Part shown: in pieces, positions 54,862-64,000 of the stretch
How the letters are laid out: every line of letters begins with the position of its first letter
How positions within the stretch are numbered: the first letter of the stretch is position 1
Source: Eledone cirrhosa
Taxonomy: Eukaryota
NCBI GenBank assembly: GCA_964016885.1
Contig: OZ024741.1
Location: forward strand, 276,024,001 to 276,088,000
Length of the DNA stretch: 64,000 nt
Reading direction: 5' to 3'
Made by a program: the position numbers and the translations under genes
Notes under the pieces: model-generated
Seen by the model: the letters and a program-made list of their open reading frames with translations, nothing else
Told to the model about the DNA's origin: nothing
Database searches by the model: none

Positions 54862-56560
54862 ATACACTTTGTGACAGTAATATATGTGACATAGAGAAGA
54901 TACACTTTGTGACAGTAACATATGTGACATAGAGAAGATACACTTTGTAACAGTAACATATGTGACATAGAGAAGATACACTTTGTGGCAATCACATGTG
55001 TGACATAGAGAAGATACACTTTGTGACAGTAACATATGTGACATAGAGAAGATACACTTTGTAACAGTAACATATGTGACAGTAACATATGTGACATAGA
55101 GAATATACACTTTGTGACAATAACATATGTGACATAGAGAAGATGCACTTTGTAACAGTGTCATGTGTGACACAACAGTTACAGAGTTACAGTGTCATAT
55201 GATGTGACACAATAGTTTCACTGTTGCAATGGCATGTGACACACAACAGTTACAATGTCATGTGTGACACAACAGTTACACTGTTACAATGTCATGTGAC
55301 ATGCAACAGTAACACTATGCTACAATGTCATGTGACACAACAGTTACACTATGTTATAATGTCATGTTTGACACAACAGTTACACTATGTTACAATATCA
55401 TGTGACACAACAGTTACGCTCTGTTACAATGTCATGTGGCACAACAGTTACACTGTTACAATGTCATATGACACACAACAGTTACACTATGTTTCAATGT
55501 CATGTGACACAACAGTTTCACTATGTTACAATGTCATGTGACACAGCAGTTTCATTATGTTACAATGTCATGTGACACACAACTGTTACACTGTTACAAT
55601 GTCATGTTTGACACAATAGTGACACTATGTTACAATGTTGTGTGTGACACAACAGTTACACTCTGTTACAATGTCATGTGACACAACAGTTACACTGTTA
55701 CAATGCCATGTGACACAACAGTTACACTATGTTACAATGTCATGTGAAACAACAGTTAGACTATGTTACAATGTCATGTGTGACACAACAGTTACATTAT
55801 GTTACAATGTCATGTGTGACACACAATAGTTACACTATGTTACAATGGCATGTGTGACACAACAGTTACACTATGTTACAATGTCATGTGTGACACAACA
55901 GTTACACTATATTACAATGTCATGTGACACAACAGTTACACTATGTTACAATGTCATGTGACACAACAGTTACACTCTGTTACAATGTCATGTGACACAA
56001 CAGTTACACTGTTACAATGTCATGTGACACACAACAGTTACACTATGTTACAATGTCATGTGACACAACAGTTTCACTATGTTACAATGTCATGTGACAC
56101 AGCAGTTTCATTATGTTACAATGTCATGTGACACGCAACTGTTACACTGTTACAATGTCATGTTTGACACAATAGTGACACTATGTTACAATGTTGTGTG
56201 TGACACAACAGTTACACTCTGTTACAATGTCATGTGACACAACAGTTACACTGTTACAATGTCATGTGACACAATAGTTACAATATGTTACAATGTCATG
56301 TGCGACACAACAGTTTCACTCAGTTACAATGTCATGTGACACAACAGTTACACTATGTTACAATGTCATGTGTGACACAACAGTTACACTATCTTACAAT
56401 GTCATGTGATGCACAACAGTTTCACTATGTTACAATGTCATGTGACACACAACAGTTTCACTATGTTACAATGTCATGTGACACACAACAGTTTCACTAT
56501 GTTACAATGTTGTGTGACACCACAGTTACACTATGTAATATTGTCATGTGTGACACAGAA
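54862..56560. repeat. adjacent minisatellites: 38-bp (TACACTTTGTGACAGTAACATATGTGACATAGAGAAGA) then ~32-36-bp (GTTACAATGTCATGTGACACAACAGTTACACTAT)
   Basis: Direct reading. Confidence 0.9.
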
Positions 56561-56987
56561 CATAAATGCCATAGATCAGTTACCAATATGACACAGAATA
56601 TGTACACCTTAACAACTCTGCCAGTTTGTTACCACATCTAAACCAGCCAGGTCTGACCGTCCCAGAAAGCAATGGGTGTCCCTTAATCAGATCCACACAA
56701 CACATGCCAGGACAGCCCACCATCATCTCAATCGATGGAAAATGAAAACAGCCCAGCATGTAACTGTGGGGACCCTAAACAGACATTGCTGCATGTTGTT
56801 TGGGATTACCCCCACAGTCGGATGCTTTCCCAGCAGCCTGGAGACAATCTATGAAACTACAAATTACACCATAGTCTGGCTCACCAATCTTGATCTGTCT
56901 CTGTCTCTCTAACCAGTGTACATATGTCATACAACAACAACAACAACAATAAAATTAACAAGAGAATTAAAACAAAGAAATATTTAC

Positions 56988-57040
56988 TTCTTGGTCAAGC
57001 ATCTTTACAAAGTTCCTCTTCTGGTAAATACAATCTAGAA
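56988..57040 (-). CDS. exon of minus-strand host gene (LDCIYQKRNFVKMLDQE)
   Basis: ttatttttatttatag acceptor (alternative in-frame tag 6 nt downstream), GAA|gtaaat donor, ends phase 0. Confidence 0.55.
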
Positions 57041-57843
57041 CTATAAATAAAATAAGGAATTTTAACAAAAACCAATGAGAGTTCAATATATATCACAATC
57101 TAATACAGAAATAATTTTTTCTAACATTAATACAAGGCCAGCAATTTCGAGGAAGGGTAAAGTTGATTATATCAACCCCAGTAGTTAACTGGTACTCTAT
57201 TTTATCAATCCCAGAAGGATGAAGGGCAAAGTCAAACTTGGTGGGATTTGTAATCAGAACAACAAAAACACTCATAACTAAATACAGCAAAGCATTTTGT
57301 TTGATGCTCTACCCATTCTGCCAATCTCCCTTATGTGCTGTATTAGACATATTCGTGACTTCTGACCACAACACTGTGCAGGTAGGACCACAACATCATG
57401 TAGGGATGATCAAAACATTGTATAGGAAGGAGTTAAATAAATAAAGTATCAAAGTATAAGGAATTTGAAATAGAAATAAATAGGGTGTGAAGTCATCATC
57501 CTCATCATCATCATCATCATTATCGTTTAACATCCAATTTCCATGCTAGCATGGGTTAGACAAAACGAATCCTGACAGAGATTGAACTTCAAAACAGGAC
57601 CTCCACCATGTTGCTCCAGTTCACTCAGCTGTAGAAAAGAGTTGCAACCTCACTGGTGCCAAGCTGTATGAATCTTTATCTTTCTTTTGGACAGCATAGG
57701 TGGCATGGAGAGAGGAGATTGGCAAGCATAGGTGACTGCCTTTCCTGAGTTTGTGCCTTGGGGAGGAACTTTCTAGGTGCAGAACCCATTTTTATTTGTG
57801 ACTAAAGTGGGTCTTTACCCTTATATATATATATATATATATA

Positions 57844-58038
57844 GGAAAATGTTTAACCCCGATGGCAGAGCTCAAGCCATTTCGACGGCTATTTTTGTAG
57901 TCCAGAAATAGCCATCGAAACGGTTTGAGCTCTGCCATCGGGGTTAAACATTTTCCCATTACTCACTCTACTACCCTAAGTATTGAGTACTCTGGTGCGT
58001 TATGGTCCATCCGGTTCCTTACCACACATCTTTTGTTA
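57844..58038. mobile_element. (TA)n-flanked hairpin element (~50-bp arms 57844-57956) plus TTGAGTAC-type terminus
   Basis: ggaaaatgtttaaccccgatggcagagctcaa versus ttgagctctgccatcggggttaaacattttcc. Confidence 0.75.
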
Positions 58039-58309
58039 TATATATATATATATATATATATAAGAGAAAACAATTAATTATCAACATGTTCTGCACGTTT
58101 CAGAGATGATTGGCTCATGGCTGCCTATGGAAACTATGAACTTCACTTCAGCATCTGCTCATCAGATAACAAGCACCCAGACCACACTGTAACATTGTTG
58201 GTCTTAGGAAAGGCATCCAGCCATACAAACCAAAACAAAATATAGATCCGTATGAGCAAGACATGGTTATCAATCTGACCTATTTCATAACGTGACAACC
58301 AGTCTAAAC

Positions 58310-58368
58310 CACAGGTTCTCAACCCATTTAGGCCAAACGCCCCCTTTTGTCCCTTGAAATCATGAAAC

Positions 58369-58399
<31 letters not shown>

Positions 58400-61199
58400 A
58401 ACACACCCTATTTTCCCATTTTTCAATATACTACTGATTTTGATATCAGTAGATTACTAAAAAATTGATTAACAATATTCCAAAGATACCATTGCAGGCA
58501 GCTGAGAGTATAAATACATTCCTTGAAAGGAAATATATAAATTTCAAAAAAAGGAACATAAATGTTCTTTTTTATGAATAAGGACCAGTTGAATTTGTTA
58601 TATTCCCACCAGGCGATACCAGCTATTTTGAACATTTATACAAGAGCAACTCTGTCTATCCCAAGAGTGCTCTTATCTGGAAGAAAGTGGCAATTATATC
58701 CTTTAAAAGCTTTCCAATTTTCCCTTTAATGAAACAGACAGAATAAATGTTGATATCTAACTTGATATCCCCTGCTTTGTGAGCTTAGAGACCACAGAAG
58801 AGGGTTTTCATGACCACGCGGGAGGGTATATTTATTAATGAATGGTAAAATATATACAACAAATGAGTAATTGAATTGTAGTAGATGGTTTCCAGTCCAG
58901 TCAGACTGCAACTACAAATAAAAAAATTGTTAGTTTACTTTGTAACAATAGCATATCTAAGTTTTCGGATAAATCAACTTACTTTAACTTTGACTCATTT
59001 CAATGGGACCCTTGAGCTTCATGGAGTCTAGCTAACTCTTTGACGTGAGGTTGAATTTCCCTAAGGTGTAGCCAGAGATCTCCACATGTAATTACATTGT
59101 AGCGGTTGCGAGCCTTACTGTGCAATCTGGAAACAACACCAAACCTCCTCTCAACTAAGTATGAGCTTGGAAAGGCAGAGCAAATCTCTTAGCCTCTGCA
59201 TGTAGGAGTGGAAATCGACGCTGAATTTCCTCTTGCATCCCAAAAAGGGGTTCACCTATTTTGGGAAATCTAATTTTGATCATGTCATCTGCTTGAAGTT
59301 CAATGAATTCTTCCTGAAATTTAACGTCCAAATCGTCGACGTTAGCTATGAAAGCATCTGCTATCCACATTGGGATGTCCATCGGCAAAAGGTCGACAAA
59401 CCGTTCTCTCGTGTTGTCTTGTAGTGCACGGAGGTGAGTGGTATAAATTTGGAGTTGGTCATCGCTTACAATGTTTTGAACATTGGCGACACTAGGAAAA
59501 TTATAGAATTCCTCAACAAAGATTCCTTTCGATGACATTCAATTTGGCCATGAATGTTTTCACAGCATTCCTTTCTTAAAGCAAGGTGATCTTCTTCCCC
59601 TGCAAAGCCAAAATGACGCTATTGCATTTGTCGAAGATGTTGGTGAGGTAGGCGGAGTCTTGCCTCACAGCGAGGGTTTTCTTGTACAGTTCTGTGTTGC
59701 GTCCTCGCAGAAACTCAATGATAGAGTCGAAGAGTTGAAAGAAGTGAGTAAAGCACTTGCCCTTTGAAAGCCACCTCACTTCAGTATGAAGGAGCAACTT
59801 GACGAATTCTTCGTCATTATCTTGGCACAGTTGCTGGAAAATTCGTTCATTGAGGAAATGCCGTTTGATAAAATTGATGACATCAATGGCCACCTGCAAG
59901 GACTTGCTCAGCGGCTTGCTGAATTTCTTCGCAGCCAAGTGTTGTCGCTGAATGACACAATGAACAGCAAATACAGATAGATTTTCTCTCTTCAGAAGCG
60001 TGACGAAGCTCTTATGTTAGCCGACCATTGCTCTTGCGTCGTCCGTAGCACATGATACAATGTGTGTTGTATGTGGTCCTAGATGTATGTATTACCTGCC
60101 TGTGTGTTGTATGTAGTCCTAGATGTATGTATTACCTGCTTATGTATTGCATGTGGTGCCAGCTGTATGTATTACCTGCTTGTGTGTTGTATGTGGTCCT
60201 AGATGTATGTATTAACTGATTATGTGTTGTATGTGGTCCTAGATGTATGTATTACCTGCTTGTGTGTTGTATGTGGTCCTAGATGTATGTATTACCTGAT
60301 TGTGTTGTATGTGGTCCTGGATGTTTGTATTACCTGCTTATGTGTTGTATGTGGTCTTAGATGTGTGTGCTACCTGCCTGTGTATTTTATGTGGCCCTAG
60401 ATGTGTGTGTGCTACCTCCTTATGTGTTGCATGTGGTCCTAGATGTGTGTATTACCTTATTATGTGTTGTATGTTATCCTAGATGTTTGTATTACCTGCT
60501 TATGTGTTGTATGTGGTCCTAGATGTGTGTGCTACCTGCCTGTGTGTTTTATGTGGTCCTAGATGTGTGTGTGCTACCTCCTTATGTGTTGCATGTGGTC
60601 CTAGATGTGTGTATTACCTGCGTATGTGTTGTATGTGGTCTTAGATGCGTGTATTACCTGCTTATGTGTTGTATGTGGTCCTAGATGTGTGTGGTCCTAG
60701 ATGTATGTGGTCCTAGATGTGTGACTTCTGTGTTTTTTTTCTTTTTTTATTTGTAATATTATTTATACAACAGGGAATAAAATAGATCTACATAGTGTTA
60801 ACTTATTACGGTTGAGTCAATAATTTCAGACATGAAATACATTGTTATCGGTGAAGGAAAGATAAGATTCTAACTGGCTGCGCTCAAAGTGTCCTTGACC
60901 AAGATGACTGTGGGTTTTTTCATTTTTAGGATCTCAATTACCGGTTAATGTCTAGACACATCTGCTCACAGCTGTGGTCAGACTATAGTTATGCTGTCTG
61001 CAAGCTCATTCAAATGCATTCACACTGGCTGTCTCAAAGACATACAAATATGGCTTATAAAACTTACCAAAGTAAAGAGTCTTCCAGCGCCCCCTAGCCC
61101 CCCCCCCTCAAGCTCCTAACGCGACCTTGCTCCCAAACGCCCCCCTGGAGTTCCGAAACGCCCCCCGGGGGTGCATATGCCCCCCGTTGAGAACCTTTG
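58310..61199 (-). mobile_element. hAT (Buster/Charlie-like) transposon, defective
   Basis: TIRs CACAGGTTCTCAAC / GTTGAGAACCTTTG; 8-bp TSD GTCTAAAC (NNNTANNN); transposase pieces ATDDARAMVG..VHCVIQRQHLAAK..LLHTEVRWLSKG (59155-60060). Confidence 0.9.
60061..60725. repeat. ~41-bp minisatellite inside the hAT element
   Basis: TGTGTGTTGTATGTGGTCCTAGATGTATGTATTACCTGCT repeated ~16 times. Confidence 0.9.
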
Positions 61200-61271
61200 G
61201 TCTAAACCATGCAAGTGTGAAAAATGGATGTTAAATTGTGAAAATGATGATAATGATATATACATACACTT

Positions 61272-61306
<35 letters not shown>

Positions 61307-61404
61307 AACAAATATAAACATATGTGCATATATATATATATCAAATGTTCACTTTCGTGAACCTACAGTGACTGGACGTTACTATCATTAAACTATATAT
61401 ATAT

Positions 61405-61720
61405 ATATCCAATGATATTAAATAAATGGAAACTATATTTATAAAACCATATTTATTCTATTATATATATTTCAAGGGTACCAAAAACTTTGGTACGCTT
61501 TCATCAGATAAAATTCAAAGTGTGTTTTATAAATTTTGACATAGCCAAGGAACATACCTTATCAGTTGAATTTTCCTTGGCTATGCCAAAATTTATAAAA
61601 CACACTTTGTATTTTATCTGATGAAAGCGTACCAAAGTTTTTGGTACCCTTGAAATATATATAATAGAATAAATATGGTTTTATAAATATAGTTTCCATT
61701 TATTTAATATCATTGGATAT
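61405..61720. mobile_element. fold-back element (~148-bp arms) containing a hammerhead-like core on both strands
   Basis: Arms 61405-61552 and 61573-61720 nearly perfect; CUGAUGA(61618-24)-AAGCGUACCAAA/UUUGGUACCCUU-GAAA(61652-55). Confidence 0.8.
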
Positions 61721-61938
61721 TTACTCCAGAAACCTGTTGAGTGCTCTGAATCAGTTATAAACATTTATATTTGTTGAATTTCCAACAAATTAAATATCCC
61801 TGCTGCTTATATAGATATATATATATATATTTATATATGTGTATATATATATATATATTATATATATTATATATATATCATATTATATATATTATATATA
61901 TATATTATATACATTATATATATATCATATTATATATA

Positions 61939-64000
61939 TCTATATATATAAAAATGAATGTATGTTTGTTTGTTTGTCCAAAGATATAAACGGAGAAAGA
62001 GAAATCAACGTATAGACAAACAGAGAGTGAAAGAGCGATAGTCTGGCTGCTTTGAACCACTCCCTATATTAGACTGTCTCTAAAGTTATAAACGGAGAAA
62101 GAGAAATCAACGTATAGACAAAGAGAGAGTGAAAGAGCAACGTATAGACAAAGAGAGAGTGCTATAAACGGAGAAAGAGAAATCAACGTATAGACAAAGA
62201 GTGAGTGAAAGAGCGAGTGTGAAATTTTTTTAATTAAAGATAATTTCAATAGAATTAGTATTCTCTCTTTAATTTAATATAATTTCAATAGAATTAGTAA
62301 ATTCTCTCTTTAATTTAATATAATTTCAATAGAATTAGTATAGTGTCTGTTTCACATTACTTCCCTTCCACTCCCATTACAGGGAATTCTTTTTCAGCTA
62401 GCCCTTAACTAAGTGCTGTAATTTGATATCTTCATTTCGTCTGTCCTTATTTTCCTGACCTGGACATAAACCAACTTCCCTACCTTTATCTCTATAGAAG
62501 TTACTACTTATTTCTTCATCCTTTTCTTTTAGTCTATGTATCTATATAGAGTTTTTTCCTGTTTTTCATCATTTCTCCATATACCGTTTCTGGGTTTCCT
62601 TTTTAATACCTTGGTGTTTTGATATTCTTAAAATATTACAATACCTTGGTGTTTTAATATTCTTAAAATATTATATCTCTCTTCCACTATTATCACTAGA
62701 ATTTCTACTCTAGCTATCTTATAGCCAATCACTAGAATTTCTACTCTAGCTATATTATAGCCACTAACTGCTGTAATTTGATATCTTCATTTCGTCTGTC
62801 CTTATTTTCCTGACCTGGACTTACACCAGCAGCTTACCTTCCCTACCTTTATCTCTAGAAGTTACTACTTATTTCTTCATACTTTGGTTTTATATTTTTA
62901 GTTTTATTACCCTACCACATAAACAATGATCACTTATAATACCATGATCCATTTTCCTTATATACTGTAATTTTCTGATGAAGGACTGAGGTACGTGTTA
63001 TTTTGTCTGAATAATTTGTATTATTTTCACTCTGTTTTTACAATTGTTTATATCATCAATCAACACATACATATTGGTTATGACTCCTTCTACATTTCGA
63101 TTACATTGAGTTCTTCATACGTATTTCACACTACTGCTCATTTCGGTAGAGTGATTGTGATAAAATATTTTCTATTCAATTATGCCTCCCAAACGACGAG
63201 CGATTGGTCAATCTACCCCTCAAGCAACGAAAAAATATGCATTACGAGCTTCAGAAACATACGAGCAACGGGAATCACGATTGGAAACCATTCGAGTAAG
63301 AACTGCTCAAGCCCGTTCATCTTAAACATACGAGCAACGGGAAGCAAGATTGCAAACCGTTCGAGTAAGAACTGCTCAAGCCCGTTCATCTGAAACATAC
63401 GAGCAACGGGAAGCAAGATTGCAAACCGTTCGAGTAAGAACTGCTCAAGCCCGTTCATCTGAAACATACGAGCAACGGGAAGCAAGATTGCAAACCGTTC
63501 GAGTAAGAACTGCTCAAGCCCGTTCATCTGAAACATACGAGCAACGGGAAGCAAGATTGCAAACCGTTCGAGTAACAACTGCTCAAGCCCGTTCATCTGA
63601 AACAGACGAGCAACGGAAAGCAAGATTGGAAACGAATCGACTACGCAATGCTCTCACAAGAAGAATACTGCACGCTGATTTCAATCTTGGTGCATTTCAT
63701 TACGATTCAAATTGTGATTACAGTCTTCATCCAAGTGTTATTATTGGAAAAATGGATAAATTATGCGGGTATTGTGGTGCCCTCAAATTTAAAAATGAAA
63801 CACCAGGAATGTGCTGCTCGGGTGGAAAAGTGAAATTGCCAGAATTACATCCACCACCTGAACCATTATCAACGTTAGTATCAGGTGACACAAGCGAATC
63901 TAAACATTTCTTGGCAAACATACGCAAGTACAATTCATGTTTCCAAATGACATCGTTCGGTGCAACAAATATCGTGCGCGGGAATTACATGCCAACATTC
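61939..64000 (+). mobile_element. Helitron 5' portion
   Basis: A|TC 5' terminus TCTATATATATAAAAATGAATGTATGTTTG; short internal duplications; RepHel ORF start at 63182. Confidence 0.85.
63182..64000 (+). pseudogene. Helitron Rep/helicase N-terminus with 23-aa (STPR-like) repeats; in-frame TAA at 63323-63325; runs off window
   Basis: MPPKRR..(SETYEQREARLQTVRVRTAQARS)n..IGKMDKLCGYCGALKFKNETPGMCCSGGKVKLP..FLANIRKYNSCFQMTSFGA. Confidence 0.9.

Noticed and set aside
62975-63000. CTGATGA hammerhead-like core in the Helitron
   Set aside because: No downstream GAAA/stems
63213-63623. 136-aa minus-strand repeat ORF
   Set aside because: Antisense shadow of the Helitron 69-bp repeats

Overview
Repeat-dense eukaryotic (animal) genomic DNA. 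The repeat content (RTE LINEs with (GAT)n tails, tRNA-derived SINEs, huge (TA)n/(TACA)n tracts) resembles cephalopod/octopus DNA; that is inference. Most of the window appears to be intron of a minus-strand host gene seen only as a chain of 28-75 bp micro-exons encoding Pro-rich and acidic-Tyr motifs. The introns hold RTE-clade LINEs (one near-intact 991-aa APE+RT ORF with a PHD-like insert), two Penelope-like (RT+GIY-YIG) relics, a DD37D maT transposon, a Buster-type hAT, a Helitron 5' end, a probable solo LTR, MITEs, SINEs and minisatellites. The standout is a ~7 kb head-to-tail array (20108-27064) of 16+ near-identical 422-bp non-coding units, each carrying a type I hammerhead ribozyme motif (CUGACGA...GAAAC-UA-GUA, palindromic stem III, long stem I), i.e. 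a retrozyme-like array predicted to self-cleave into ~422-nt monomers/circles. About ten more intact or decayed hammerhead motifs are dispersed through the window, several with unusually long stem II inserts and several inside fold-back elements at (TA)n tracts. All RNA structures were folded by eye and are untested.
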